Source of the DNA: Eledone cirrhosa
Taxonomy: Eukaryota
Assembly: GCA_964016885.1 (NCBI GenBank)
Contig: OZ024741.1
Coordinates: 123,132,001 to 123,196,000 of the forward strand
DNA length: 64,000 bases
Direction: 5' to 3'
Shown one piece after another: positions 14,212 through 28,672 of the stretch (positions are counted from its first letter, which is position 1; every line of letters begins with the position of its first letter). The position numbers were made by a program, and so were the translations under genes. Under the pieces are notes generated by a model. That model ran no database searches. It saw only the letters and a list, made by a program, of their open reading frames with translations, and was not told the DNA's origin.

Positions 14212-14362
14212 CAAATAAGGTGTGGTAAGATACCAGGTGGACCATAACGCACCAGAGTACTTGATACTTAGGGTAGTATAGTGTGTAATAGGAAAAGAGT
14301 CAGGACACCGACAGCTGAGCTCCGGCCGTTTCGACAGCTAGATCTGCTATATCACGGGGAAT
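14210..14362 (-). mobile_element. Solo diverged copy of the Penelope pseudo-LTR/extension with a decayed hammerhead (14305-14360)
   Basis: Aligns by eye with 49500-49628 (TGTGGTAAG..ACCAGGTGGACCATAA.GCACCA..TACTTAGGGTAGTA..CCGAC.GCTGAGCTC..GCCGTTTCGAC.GCTA). Abuts a (TA)n tract ending at 14210. Confidence 0.85.
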
Positions 14363-17300
14363 TGAGCAACAAGTTGTTTATATAGAAGTTTTATATATAT
14401 AAGTTGTATGTATAGAGGTTGTATTCAATAGTACTTCCAACTGACACGTTTGAAGCAACAAACCGAATATACAAAATCAAATGCTTTTTTCACACATATG
14501 TGTTTTTAAACCAAGTGTAGTAACTGAATTTTTATATTTCCATTAGAAGCAGATTTGTTGGAAATTAATGAAGAGAACTTATAATTACAGTTTATGTTTC
14601 GTAGCTTTATTGGCAAAAACAGCTATGCTTGGTTTCTTTATAGATTTTCAATGCTAAATTTAAGGAACATTGAATATTTTCATTATTTCTTTTGCGTGTT
14701 TCATCCTTTCCTTTTCTTGTTTTTTTCAGCAATGTTCACATCCCTTTTATCATCATTATTACTTCACCTTATGAGCAGAATTAAAGAAAACACGCAATGT
14801 AAAACATGTTTAATTTGAAGATGCAAAAATAGTGGTTATCTGCCGAAAATTTACGAGATATTATTATTCTCATTAAAGATTTGTTTTCAAAAGAGACTTC
14901 AATCAATTTTTAACGACATTATATGATTTCACGCTAATACAGATATTGTATGTTGGGCGATATAATAAACAGCTTGCTGAAAAGAGCTTTTCAAAATATG
15001 TTTATAAGTGGATATTGGGAAGTATTAATAAATTTGCTACAATATTCTTGTACTTTTTCAATATCAGCGGTATACGATGAACGATTCTCAATTGCATTTC
15101 AACAGAAGCTATTTGTTAGCCTTTTTTTCCTGTTTTGCAGTAATTTTGTTTATATATTTGGAATGTCTCACAGAATGTGCACTACACGTGGATCTCACAA
15201 ACCCGTGGAAACACTAAAGATCTTTGCTGTTAACGTTGTGCTTAAACTGTTGTAATTTCCTGATTTTCGAAAGTGATGGGCACAGATAGAGTTCCAGAGA
15301 GCCAATATTCTGGATTAGAAGGATTTCTTTATTTATTAGTGTTCACTTTGACAGTTCGATGAGAGAGACTTTTTTTTTCATCATTTGGGGTTCTATAACG
15401 TGAGTGTCACCCAGGAAAGGAAATTAATCAACGGGACCGTTACGGTCAGTTGATAATTTGTTCATTTTTTTTTAATTCTTGCATTCAAAATTGAGTGGCT
15501 CAGTTTTTCAATATTAAACGATCGGGTTTAATATCGGCACCTGGCGTTTGGCTGCTTCTTGCGGAAGTCATTCTGTTGCAGTCCTTTGGAGCAAGAACCT
15601 CAACTTTAGGTTATCTTTCTCCTGAAATCTACCTTAGGCACCCTGAACAAAAACAGAAATCAAGGGCGTTGCCCTTGTTAAAAAAAAGTATTTTAGCCAT
15701 TGATTATATAAACCTAGGTTATAGCTACAGCAACCGAATTGAAAAAGAAAAGTTATTGATGCGTGACTTTTAAAAAAGATATTATAAAATTGAGTCTCCA
15801 ATTCATAATCTCTGTGATATTCAGAGACAACTAAGTGAATTATACTTGTAGCGTAAGCTTTAAAATCCATCTGTTAACCTTTCATTTTATGAATATGATG
15901 TAAATGTTGTCGTTGAGCTGTTCCAGTCAGCTTTTTTGTATATGAAGAACGTTAGTATTTAATTTACTAAATTAATGTTTGTTCCAGGATAGGGATGCGA
16001 CCCGGAAACGTTCTTGACAGTGCTCCTGTAACTTAATCTGAACGGACGGGCACAGGAATGACATATAACATTTGGTAAAGTATTAATAATCTTCTGCTAC
16101 TGATATGGAATACCATATTTTCTTTGTGATCAGAAATAAGGTTAATTCTTATACATTTTGATTTGTTGCACTAGTATAAAAAGTCTTTTGTCAGTGTGAT
16201 CACGTTAGGTTCCAGAAATATAGCCCGGGTTGTATTTTGATCATGCTATTCCCATTTTTAAGCACCACCGCTTTCATAATCAGTACACAGATCGCAAAAT
16301 TTCCTAAAATATAAAAAAATGTATACCTCTGGCTAGCATAGCCTAACAATATGTTAAACGCCTGTTTGGAAATTGACAAACTACAACTTTGAAACCCCAA
16401 AGAGATTTTGTAAAAAAAATTTGTATTTCAAGATACAAATTTTCAAAAGAAAACTATTATGACCTTACAGGAAGATACCATTTTCCCAAGTGGCAAAACG
16501 TTTTGTTGAGAATTTATTTATACGAACCCTGTCACTAATGTGTGTGGACGCAACATTTTCGAATGGTTAAGAAGTTTGTTTTGCAAACATTAAGACCTGG
16601 GTACGTGTCATTTACCATAGACTCGGGTCGACCTTTCTTTCTGACTGAAAAGAGGTAGACAGAAACTGTTTAGAAGCCCTTAGGAATATAACTGTAATTC
16701 GAAAGTCCAGTCTTGTCTCACCAGGTTGAATATCTCTGTGAAATACATTAAGTTTATTCGTCTCTGAGAAATGCTCAGACACATATACGTTAAATTCATA
16801 ACCAGACTCTTCGGTTGATAAAACAGTAGGAAATGAAGGATATCCATCGTATACCATATATCGTATATCCTAATATCAACTATAATGTGACCTATATAAT
16901 TTCAGTCTGTTTCTTTATTATGAATTCTAAATTTACTATGAGGTAATCACCTACAAACGTTACCAAGAGTATTAAGTGGCTTATAATTTGATTATATAAA
17001 ATATAGATATTCCTATGGGAGTTTGAGAAGAAGAGTAATAAAAATAAATAATCAAATAAATAAACATATAAAATTATGTTTATAATTTGATTGCATAAAA
17101 TGTATACAGAATGTTAGGGAGAGCCAGGTTTGTCAGTGTTGTCATATGAATATGTGTTGAGATTCAATCTGCAGAAAATTTTGAAACAAACATTGCTTAC
17201 GTTAAATGAACCAACAATTGTTGTTGACATAGGAATGATGCAATCTCCGTTAGGAACACAAATTATATTCCTTAAGACTCGTAACATATCCTCCGATATA

Positions 17301-17458
17301 TTAAAGCGAATAATTAAAAGATCATACGAAACCTACATGAGTAGCTACCTATCCACCTACATATATACACACATACATACATAAATATATACACACATAA
17401 ATACATACATACACACACATATATATATATATACCGAGAGAGAGAGACAGACAGACGC

Positions 17459-17495
<37 letters not shown>

Positions 17496-17532
17496 ATATA
17501 TAGTTATATATATATATATACATATACAATGC

Positions 17533-17573
<41 letters not shown>

Positions 17574-18179
17574 CATTATAAAGAAAGAAGAAACATTAGA
17601 TATAAATAAAAATATATAATATATTCCTTGATTATCCTCGACTACGTAGTTTCGTGGCTATTATGCAGTATTTCTAAACAGAAAACACAGCAAACAGAAC
17701 ATTATACACACACGCAAACGCATGCGCAGAGAAGACAAAAAAAATAAACAAATAAATAAACAGACTAAATAAAGATGGCGTAAGCATACAGTGCAACGGG
17801 AGGGAACATAATAGCACCACTGACGATGTTGCAGATGTGCAAAGAAAGAACCCTGATAGAGCATATATATATGTTTGTATCTATGTTGTTTCTGTATTTT
17901 TGACCGTTGGTCAGTCAGTGGCAACATTGAGGACGGAATGAATTAAATTAACCGATAAAAAAGACACAGAAGCGAAAACCAACCAAACAGTGAGTGTGTT
18001 CTGTTATTAATTCTGGCAATATTATTACACAAATATGACCCTCTCCAAGTATAACAATATATATATATATATATAAACGGAAAAAATGAAACGAAATTTC
18101 ATTTCCCAATGTTAGTACGGCTGTTACTTAAATATAAGTATGTATCCGTACATACATATATGTATACAGACGTAAGGTA

Positions 18180-18220
<41 letters not shown>

Positions 18221-18326
18221 TAATAATAAATTTCAAGACTAAAATCCAAAGAGGGCTCGATAAGGATAAATATATATCAAATATATAAGAACCGTAGAGC
18301 AAATATTTATTAAAATAACAGATTAA

Positions 18327-18377
18327 AGTTTAAGCAAAGAATCGCTGCTTTCACCCTTAACGGGATCTTCTGAAACT
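18327..18377 (-). ncRNA. Hammerhead-like motif with U4A core variant, family 2
   Basis: Minus strand: AGUUU-CAGAAGA-UCCCGUUAAGGGU-GAAA-GCAGCGAUUCUUUGC-UU-AAACU. Related copies at 52006-52055 and a 3' half at 9474-9500. Confidence 0.6.
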
Positions 18378-18454
18378 AACAAAGTCAATCTGTAAACGCA
18401 GAAGTGGATATTTCAAAAAAACATTGCAACCGGAGGAAGACAGGAAGACGATAC

Positions 18455-18740
18455 TTTGGTTCGTGGAAACGTTCGCTGGCAAAGAACGGGAAAAAACGAA
18501 TAAGATACGTCATTAATAGGAGCGGTGAAAAACAATTACGCGCAAAGACAGAACCACGTTTATGGTATAAAAGAGGTCGTAGACTAATGTTCTCTTAGGT
18601 GGTTCATAGAGACGTTCCCTGGCAATGAACGGAAAAAACGAAGACAATACGTCATATGTGGAGCGGGGAGAACAATAGCACGCAAAGACAAAACCACGTA
18701 AATGGTATAGCAGAAGTCGTAGACTAAAATTCTAACTAGG
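18455..18740. repeat. Diverged tandem duplication of about 143 bp
   Basis: ACGTTC.CTGGCAA.GAACGG..ATACGTCAT..GGAGCGG..CGCAAAGACA.AACCACGT..ATGGTATA..GTCGTAGACTAA occurs twice. Confidence 0.85.
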
Positions 18741-19474
18741 AGACCGAATGAATCTCCGCTACAGAGTTCAGAACAAAGTAAATAAATATAATACAGAAGT
18801 AATAGAAATAAATAAATACATACACGCAAACAAATACGTACATACACAAGCATACGTAAAACACTTACCATAGGTATACAAAACCACACACATATAAATA
18901 TCTGTGTGTGTGTATGCGTGTATAGAAATAAATAAATAAATACTTATATAAACGTATATAAATAAATAAATACGTAAATAACAAGCGCACACACATACCT
19001 ACATGTAAATACACGAATGTTCGGAGACGAAAGTCAACCAAAACATGACGTACACATATACACACACCCTACATACATACGAACCTGCATACTCACACAG
19101 ACGCAAAACTCCCGTATACACATAGCCAAACCATATGTACCAGAATAAAAAAAAATAAAAAAAGTTTATACGCCATAACATAAACAATCAAATATACATA
19201 CGAGAAGGTATACGTACCTTCACGAAACATACGGGTAAATATAATTACCTATGCAAATAAGTAATGCTATAAACAAAATATATACTTAGCTCCCACATAA
19301 AGACGTAAAATATCCACGTATAGATCGTACTATCCATTAGGGTATAACGTGGGGCTGTAATACAGGAAAGTTTTGTGCAATTTATGTTTACAAGCCGAAA
19401 TTGCCTCAGATTTTTTGTTTAAGATGTGGTCTGTGGCGTAGAGTATTTCCAGGGGCCTCAGCGGCGCAGGGGTC

Positions 19475-19523
<49 letters not shown>

Positions 19524-19666
19524 CATACATGCACACATATGTATATGTACGTATGGATTCACCGAACATTTATTATAATGCTCGGTGTGTTTGTAAACAA
19601 ACATCCCCTATTAAGCCGTAGTGTCTAGCAACCATCGTTGCTCGTTTGTTCAACACTGACAAAGGA

Positions 19667-19709
19667 ACGCTGTACTAGTTTCCAGCTTATTAGCTATCGT
19701 CAGCAACGT
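19667..19709 (-). ncRNA. Minimal type I hammerhead ribozyme, intact core
   Basis: Minus strand: ACGUUG-CUGACGA-UAGCU-AAUA-AGCUG-GAAA-CUAG-UA-CAGCGU. 6-bp stem I, 5-bp stem II, palindromic ACUAGU stem III, GUA cleavage triplet. Confidence 0.88.
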
Positions 19710-19917
19710 ATACCTTCCTGCCAGATGATTGAACGTATGAAAGTATATACTTTCCTTATGCTTATTAACGGCTGAGTAGCCCAATTTGCATATCGAGTGG
19801 GTTAATCGGCCGGGTGCACCGAAAACGATAAACGATAAACGATAAACGTATACATACTTATATATATATATATATCGATATATATACATACAAGCGTCCA
19901 TCTATTTATCCCCCCAC

Positions 19918-19986
<69 letters not shown>

Positions 19987-21864
19987 GTATGGATATTGTT
20001 TGACAACATATTTTTACACAAAATATTCAAACATGTTTCTCTAAAGTTAACACAAAACCTAACTATGAAAAATATTTGATAAAATAGAATTTTTTAAGCA
20101 ATGTATATATAAGTTCTGGGAAATATCCATCAATGGATTGTGTAATCCTAGGATTATAGACTGCGACGAACAACATACTGGAGTTAATATAAAATTACTG
20201 AGATTGCAGAAAAAAACCGTTCCACAACATTTTCTAATTTCACTCATTTCTTCCCACTGATTTCTGCATCAACATCATTGAAGTGATTTTAACATCAACA
20301 AATATGATTATCTAATACAATATGAACTGTAATTTAACCCAGTTAGATTTTTATATGAACGTTAATGTTTAGCAAACCAGCTGATTTATTTTTCATAAAT
20401 CATATGAGATATGTAATTGAATTTTGTATAGAATGTTACTAATTCTACAGTAAACACAATTGTAATGACTGCTTCAGCAATCAATCATGTTAATGCTTGG
20501 TTGTGATTGTACATTTTTAGATAAAACTTATGCAATTGTATTATTGAAATTTGTGTAATACAAGTCATAGTAGAAACGCACCTTCCTCTTCATCCTGCAG
20601 GGTAACACATTTGCCATTTTGTCCATTTCTTTATTGTCTGATTTCAAATGCCACTAAGTTCAAAACTATCCTTCAAGGACGACGAGAAAAAAAATAAATT
20701 CCTCCTCTCAATCTCTTTCTCAATCCCTCTCCATTACTATCTCTCCTTCTTTGGAAGAGTTCGTCAGTCTTGCGACCAGGAGAATGGATGGGCTCCGTCA
20801 GTTTTAAACGAGCTCAGGATATGTTGTAAATCCCGACGGCAATCCAACGACTCAATCAGGAGAAACGAATCCATAGATAGATAGATACATACATATATTC
20901 ATACGTAATTACATACATACATACAGTTAAAATATGTAAAACATTCAAAGAATTTTGCATCTAATAACTGCATATACACATATACAGATGCAAAGCATAT
21001 ACATATGCACACATACAACTCAAAACAGACACATCCACACATACAATAACATCCATATCTACACATGCATGCATACATACATACCTGCCTAGTTGATATT
21101 GTGTAAATTCCAATGAGAGAGTCTTGTGTCTATGTTAGAAACCGACTCTCTCTCTATTGGTAAAACTTTGTGAAATTATAAAACCAGAAGAACATACATA
21201 CATAGAAATCTACATGATGTCTACTCCCAGTTGATTTCACATTGCCCATATCCCGTAAATCCCAATCGGGACTGTATTTCTTATAACTATAATGGCTGGG
21301 TTTGATTATGTACCGGACTGATGACTGGCGCGAATAAGATCACTGAAACTGCAATATGGTAAGAGTAACGAAAAACAAAAATACCCCACCGTGCTTCGTG
21401 CGGGTTAACAAGGGTCGCGTTCAGGCCTTAGGTAGATGGGCCTGTTCAAAAACATCTTGTAGTCTCCATTTCATGCCGCAAAAAAACTGGTGATGCGTCT
21501 GCGACCTGTCTTTGGTGGCGTGTGATGAACGTAAAAAGATTGCGTATTGCGAGACACCAAAGATGGTTCGGAAGGGAGCAAACCATGACAACATATAATC
21601 TGTAGTGAAAATTCTCAGAGGCAAACTCCATTTATGTTTAGATCATGTGTCACTGACCGTTACTAGAGGAAGTGTATTCTCTTCTTTCACAATGACAGAT
21701 TTCTTGCTCAATAGAAAAAAGTATCCCATCAGACAACACCTTTAAGGTGCATTGGTTTATGGCTATTAAACACCACCCACATGTTATTATAATTTATATA
21801 CGAAAGAAAGGCGCCAGCCACCAGATAGAACCGGGGAAATTATGTTTCCGTTTGTCTTTTAATT

Positions 21865-22045
21865 GGTGGATTGGCATATCGGTAGGGGGACGGACGCCAT
21901 GCTTTGCAGCAAAGAGTTACAGTCTTTTATGGTCTGAGTTTAAATCACGCCGAGGTTAACTTTGCTTTCATCTTTACGGGGTCGATAAAATAAAGTACCA
22001 GTAATACACTGGAATAATTGCTGTCCGTGTGCCAAAAGTAGAAAT
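21865..22045 (+). mobile_element. tRNA-derived SINE, near full length
   Basis: GGTGGATTGGCATATCGGTAG..GAGTTTAAATC..CCGAGGTTAACTTTGCTTTCATCTTTACGGGGTCGATAAAATAAAGTACCAGTAATACACTGG. Confidence 0.85.
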
Positions 22046-24549
22046 AATTATTATCACTATTAATACGATTGATTCTCCTGACACAATTGACCCCTTATTT
22101 CCACTGATACCAATCAGATGCCACACAATTCACGTCCGAAACTTTAAACATTCCCCAATTCAACTGTTCCTTTATTGGTTGTTTATTTATCGACCTCAAA
22201 ATATGAAATGTAAATTTGACTACGATGGAATATAAAATCAAAATGAAGTAATGATATAAATGTTGATAATATTACCATTATTTATGCAAGCAAAGAGGTG
22301 TGGAATTCACTAACCCCGTAATGAAATAAATTACAGAATGTGTCACTCTATATAAAGCAGCCACATCCATGAGAAATAAAGATGATGAAAACACGGATAT
22401 CTTTTCTTTGATTATGGCGACGTAATAGCAGAAATTATTGGTAATACTAGTATTCAGATGAACTGGTTATTTCAAGGACCTGCAAGAGCTTTCAATGCTT
22501 GAGCATGTATGATTATCAAATAGGATATGCAAAGTTGTTTATACATTTACGTAAACCATTATACTGTTTTACTGTCATTAGTTACTCGAAAATGCCTAAC
22601 ATCGTTTAACCCTCATCCTCATAATATATAACCTATAACAGCTTAAATATTCTAGATATTTGTCTATATTATGCGTAGCAAAGATCAAAAATATATCCAG
22701 CCAGTCACATAATCTTCCACAGTTATCTAGCAAAATGGCTTTACTATTATCTAGGGTCAACTAAACGAAGGTACTTCTAAAGACAATTCAGATCTTAATG
22801 ATATTCTCTGTTGCTGAAGTGTTAAATTTGTATATATTCGAAAGTCTGTTTTTTGTTTTAATACATTGCCAATAAAAGCTATTATGTTTGATTGTTTTGC
22901 AAATATACTTTTATAAATATTGCTTCACATTATGCTGTTGTCTATGGAGGATCATATGTTAACAATCTCCAGTTCCTAAAACTAGTTAAAGTTAAAACTG
23001 CAATGTGTGATTTACTTGCAATATTAAAATCAAATAATGAAGATACTGTTAATATTGTATTGGTATTAAATGTGACACGGGGATACAACAAGGGTTATAA
23101 TAAGAATCAAATGTACAATTAAAAAAATTCGTTTTCAGGATTTGAAATACCCAGTAAGAGAGGAACATCTAAAAGCAAATAGTTGGAAATAGTCTGAATT
23201 ATTTCCAGCGACAAATACATTTTATAAAAAGGATGTAATAAAAAAGTAAATAACAATTTTATAACATGATAGGAATAAATTATTATTAAAAAATAATTAA
23301 AAATGTAATCTTATGCTGATAGGATAGCAATTCGGAAAATCATGTTTTAAATATAATTATTTCAATTATACTGATGAAAAACAAATTTCACATTAAAGAA
23401 AATAGAAAAGAACGTATTGTTTAAATCATATAATTTACAGATTTTCAGTTTACGAAATTTCCAAGCCATCAGGGAGAAACTCTTTCCATGTTGTATCCAA
23501 TCGATTATATTCTTGACTGGTCATGTAATATAATTTTATTTTATTTTAGATGTTCAATTGAATTACAATCAGCTTCAGATGACACTTTCCTGTAAATTGA
23601 AGATCGTATATACTGACGCCAACAACAATCAAAACTGTGATGTATATATGGAACCAAAGTGTCTATAAATATTTTTATATTAAATTTCATTTGTCACAAA
23701 AGTGTAATATATTTTAATAGATTTTTTTTAGTGACAAGTCAGGCGCGTATCTACAACTTATTTCGATATTGGTTACGATAGTTTACAACAATTTCCAGAA
23801 TGTTAATGTCAAGTCTTGAAGGGAAATGGAGTTGCTGCACTTCAATTTAGACGAAGTGTTTTTGGCAGAACACTAGCTACATGTTTCAAAGTGAACCATA
23901 ATATATTGGCAATTTGTAAGCAAGTTTCTCTATTTTAGATTAAATGAAGTGAGGCGTGAGCTTTGGTTTTTATAGTTCTAAGAACTTTATCAATGTTTGA
24001 ATTGCCAACGGAAGAAAGTTATGTTCAACCTCCTGTTATATTATTTGAAATGGCAAAGAGACTATTCGATTTCCTCTTCTTATTTAATATTATATATTGA
24101 GAGAAGAGATGGCAAACTGACTGTAGCATCCTTAAACAATAGAAAATATATTCAAATGTGGTCTGAGATGTAAAACATATCAATTTGTAATTATATACAT
24201 CGAAATATTTTTTCTAAATATCTCATCTGTATAGGCTATACAGTTTTCAGAATTTATCGTACGATGTGAATGGCACAAAATGCAAGACCTCGACTGTTGG
24301 CATGTTAAACACGCCCACAGCTATCAATTATTCTAATTTCCGACGAACTTAAAATGTAGAGATGAGATTTAAAAATAAAAAAGGAAAACCTTATAGTGTC
24401 AGTGTACTTGTTTTATATATTAAGATGACAGTTTGTCATTCATACTATACACCCTGTATACACACACACACGCGCGCGCACACACACACACGCACGCGCA
24501 CACACACACACGCACATACACACGCACACACACACGCACACACACATAG

Positions 24550-24624
<75 letters not shown>

Positions 24625-26473
24625 ATGTTAAAGAAATAGCGAATGTGACCTCCCATTAGTTTGATCCATTCTAAATATTCGATATGAGTGCATCCGCATT
24701 TGTAATTAAGTACATCATGGTGGAAGCAACTTACAATATTATGAAACGAAGTTTCACTTGTATCGTTAAATAATTGTATGACACCTAGTATTATAATAAT
24801 TTTAAGGCCAGCAATTTTGAAAGAATAGGAAATTAATTATATCGAACAATCTGCTTGTCTGTTACCTTATCGTATTGAGCGCAGAAGCAACAAAGGTTAT
24901 ATTGATTTCAAGGGGATTTGAATTCAGATTGTGAAGACCCAGAATAAATTATGCTGTAACAGTTCAGCTAATCCACTATTACCATCCACTGTATTGTATT
25001 AGCGGTGAGATATTTAAGTTTATTTCACCATGCTGTATGGTTTCTTAATGAAATGTCTAATTTCCCTGATCTTATTGACAGCGTAATTTAATTTAGAGAC
25101 TCATTCGTATGAAAATCAGCATTATTTAATACAATTTCGTATATTAACAATTTCGTATATTAACAATTTCGTATATCAACTGCAGAGAAATGGCCGAATG
25201 GTTTATTCAGCTTGGGTGCGGGGCATTAGTAGAACATGACAGATAATATACAATGTGGCGTGTGTTTAGAAACATCTCGCTGATTAGTTAAAACCACACT
25301 GAAGTTTAATTTGTGTTTTATTTTTAACAATTATCATATTTATCATTTGAGACATCCTCTATGGTTTTCAAACCGTAGTATATTCATATGAAGCATTGTG
25401 AGAAATGTAGTAAATGCTTGATAAGTTTCAGAAAGCCAATACAATGCTGTAAACAATATATTATAGTCAACAAAATGACAATTAAAACAAAGCAAAGTAA
25501 TGTGTTGGCCCAGTATATATCAACATAATATTTGAGAGCGATAACGCCATTTTCAAATGTAAAAACGAAAACGGTTCAAAGCAAAATATACTGGATAAGA
25601 ACATAACTTTGTTGTGTTTTATTGGTCCTCATATGCTCTTTATATATTTCTATCGCATTTTACCGTGAAATTGTGAAGTTTATCAGTCATTTATTACATT
25701 ATGAACATATTAAAACATGTGGAGTATAGTAATATAGCTGATTTTATCTGTAATAAGTGGGTGTTTGAAACAGTATTTAATGAAGCTTGTTTCTTTTGTA
25801 TATTGGTTATCAAAATACAAACAATTTAATACAAGCAGCTTAGCATAGTAGAACCAGTTTCAAGGATGTCGTTGAACTAATTATTGGCCTAGCTAACGTG
25901 ATCAAGTATTTCTCCAATGAAATTTGAAGTTATAGAGTAATGTTTCGAAATCCTTACAACTTATTTTATTAACGAGATACCGCTGTATATTTCTGTAAAC
26001 ATTTGAAGTTTTAAAGAAGTCTTTGCAGCAATTTAGAACCACTTTGTATATGAAAGGTGGGTGTTTATTTATACCGAAACCACAAATTCAAATTAGCAAT
26101 GATATATCTTCTCCAAAGATCAACGGAATATACACTACCAAGTTATGCAGTGTTAGAGTTAAGCATAAACAAAGTTATTTAACAATTCCATAACAACGTA
26201 ATTTTCAGTGTCTGCAATCTTTATATATATTTTGATCTTTTGATCAAATCATTCTCTAATACAGACTATTGCTTTTACTACACCAGCCAAATATAACTAC
26301 ATTATATTAAGGTATGTCTATTAAGAGCGATCCATTAATAGATACATGTGCAGACAATTTTAGGATAAATTCCAATTTAATATTAAAAAACAAAACACTC
26401 AGACGGACGAGTTTGCCATATAATGCGCTTTATATTGCGATTACATTAAAAGGAGAATATTATTATTATTATT

Positions 26474-26582
26474 ATTCAAATCCCGCCGAGGTTAACGCTT
26501 CCTTTCCTCCTTCCGGTGTCGATAAAATAAAGTACCAGTAATGTACTGGGTGATTGCTGGCCTTGTGCCAAAAGTAGAAACA
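26474..26582 (+). mobile_element. SINE 3' half between (TTA)n tracts
   Basis: TTCAAATCCCGCCGAGGTTAAC..GTCGATAAAATAAAGTACCAG..GCTGGCCTTGTGCCAAAAGTAGAAAC. Confidence 0.8.
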
Positions 26583-26604
26583 ATTATTATTATTATTATT
26601 ATTG

Positions 26605-26940
26605 TTTTTTCCTTTTCCTTCAGTAATGTTTCTGATATGTACCGGGTGTCTTCTTGACACCTAGGGCAAATGAATTCATTATATACCAGTTAATTGTAAG
26701 CCAGTTAATACACCACATTGAATATCATGTACAGCTTATCATTCTTACAGAGGGATATCATTCTTACAGAAACGCAAACACACAACCACACGAGGGCGGG
26801 GGATATCATTCTTACAGAGACAGTGTTCTTCTCATATACATGGGCAGTACCAGTCAAAACTATTTTTGCACCTCTTGCAGGGAGGGTAAACCAGAAATAA
26901 TCCTCGAATGCGTTTCTGTTCCTTTCTTAATCATTCCCAT
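26605..26940 (-). mobile_element. R4/Dong-like LINE 3' end fragment
   Basis: Minus strand MGMIKKGTETH..GLPSLQEVQK.VLTGTAH. Similar to 31400-31700 and ends in a (TAA)n tail. Confidence 0.7.
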
Positions 26941-26959
26941 ATTATTATTATTATTATTG

Positions 26960-27900
26960 TTCTTTGAGTCTCAGTCATTGATGTTAGTTAACTAGAAAGT
27001 TTGTTGAAATGAATATCAAGCGACTACCTGCAGCCTCGGATATTCAGGACGTATCGGAGGGTTCTTGCTGTTCCCAGCAAGCATGCCTTTTGAAGCGTTC
27101 CAAAAAGGGTGGCGGGGCCAATTTTCTTTAACCATCCCTGGAAACCTTTTGAGATAGTCCCTAGTGCGCCTATGACAATAGGGACCACTTTGACTTCATG
27201 GCAGTTCCAAATCCTTTTTACCTCCCACTTTAAATCCTGGTATCGGTTAATTTTCTCCCGTCAGCATTCATTTCCTCAATGGCCGTATCTTTGTTCCAGA
27301 TGTTATTTATTTCAGCATTCAGATCATTGTATCCTCCGGATGCTTCCTCCGGTCTCTCAACCTCTTCACCTTCATTTCCCACTGGCTCGTTTGCCTGATT
27401 TACTACACTCTCCATTTCCAACTTAATCTCTCTGCTCAGTTCCTCCAGTTCCAACTCGCTTATCCACCCATTAGTTCTTATTACCCGAGTCTGCCCGGCC
27501 AATTTTTGTTCATCTAATTTAAATAGACCAATCTCGTTCCAGATGTTATGCATTCGTTTCATATAGCCTTTCTCCTTGGGGTTACACTTCAGGTAACATT
27601 GCATAACAGTTCTATTCAATTCTTTAATCCAGTTGGTTCTGGTCCCTTTCCTTCTTCTTCCTCCAACACTAGCAGTATTTGGATGACAGCCTGGTCCCTG
27701 CTGCTGGGCCAGGGTGCACCTGCTGGCTCGGAGTCTGTCACATGACGTTCCAGTCTCCACTTCACCGTTATTCGAACTGTTTAGGTTCGACATTTAAACA
27801 CTCTTATCGAGGATTGCTGAATGTATGGTTACATAACCACCGGTGATTTCATCACCCCCAGTGATTTCATCACCCGGGTGATTTTAGCGTGGCACCGTCA
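26960..27900 (-). mobile_element. Internally deleted R4/Dong-like LINE
   Basis: N-terminal ORF 27230-27793 (RTNWIKELNRTVMQCY..GYMKRMHNIW..EQKLAGQTRVIRTNGWISELELEE) joins near 27257 to an RLE C-terminus EKINRYQDLKWEVKRIWNCHEVKVVPIVIGALGTI. (TAA)n tail at 26941-26958. Confidence 0.78.
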
Positions 27901-28672
27901 CAGTGACAGTACTACACCCAGTAATACACTGGGTAATTGCTAGCCTTGTGCCCAAAGTAGAAACAATTACTATTTTTATTTTTCCTTTCATCCTTACGGG
28001 CCCGACAAAACAAAGCACCAGCAACACACCGTGGCAATTGCTGGCCCCGTGCCAAAAGCAGAAGCACTTATTATTATTATATTATAGTTTCGATTTGACA
28101 TCGTTTAAACTAAATATTTTGAGAGAGTTTAGAGATACAACAACATAATTATTTTGGTGTTGTTGTTGTTGTTAGCTGTGTGACCGAGTCAATAACCCAG
28201 TCTATTTATATCTTTTAATACCTTCTTCGCTTCTTTTCATGTGTAGCGGCACACCCAACACCCATCTCTTAAGTGGTGATGGAATAGTGGTGGTAGCGAT
28301 GATGCAGTGGTGGCGGTGGTGATGGGATAGCAGTACTATAGGGATGGTGCTGGTTTGTATTTGGCTAGATTTTTTGTGGTAGTGGTTATGGTGATGGTGG
28401 CGGCGGCGCTGGTGGTGTTGGTGGTGAAGTTATTTGGCTGTTGTTTTCTAGTCATTTTCTCTTCTGACTATAAAGTTTCTGGTACAAAATTAAATATAAA
28501 ATATTGGAGCCCTATGCCATAATGTGATGCGTTGCCACTTCCTGAGAGTAAAAGACTGATATCTCATGTTCCACTTGTAATAAGAATTATTGTATCACAG
28601 TGGTTTTAAATATGTAAAAAATCAAATACTTACGGGAGCGATTCCATAACATTCTATCCACCATGTGCGTAG

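Noticed and set aside
16165-16495. Possible Chapaev-like MITE (CAC..GTG ends)
   Set aside because: Terminal inverted match is too short to support.
17630-17660. Half hammerhead GAAA-CUACGUAG-UC-GAGGA on the minus strand
   Set aside because: No matching CUGANGA/stem I 5' half found. Kept only as supporting evidence, not annotated as a ribozyme.
21314-21366. CUGAUGA..GAAAC..GUA arrangement
   Set aside because: Stems I and II do not pair convincingly.
22330-23220. Short coding-looking stretches
   Set aside because: No recognisable domain, multiple stops and no clear splice structure.
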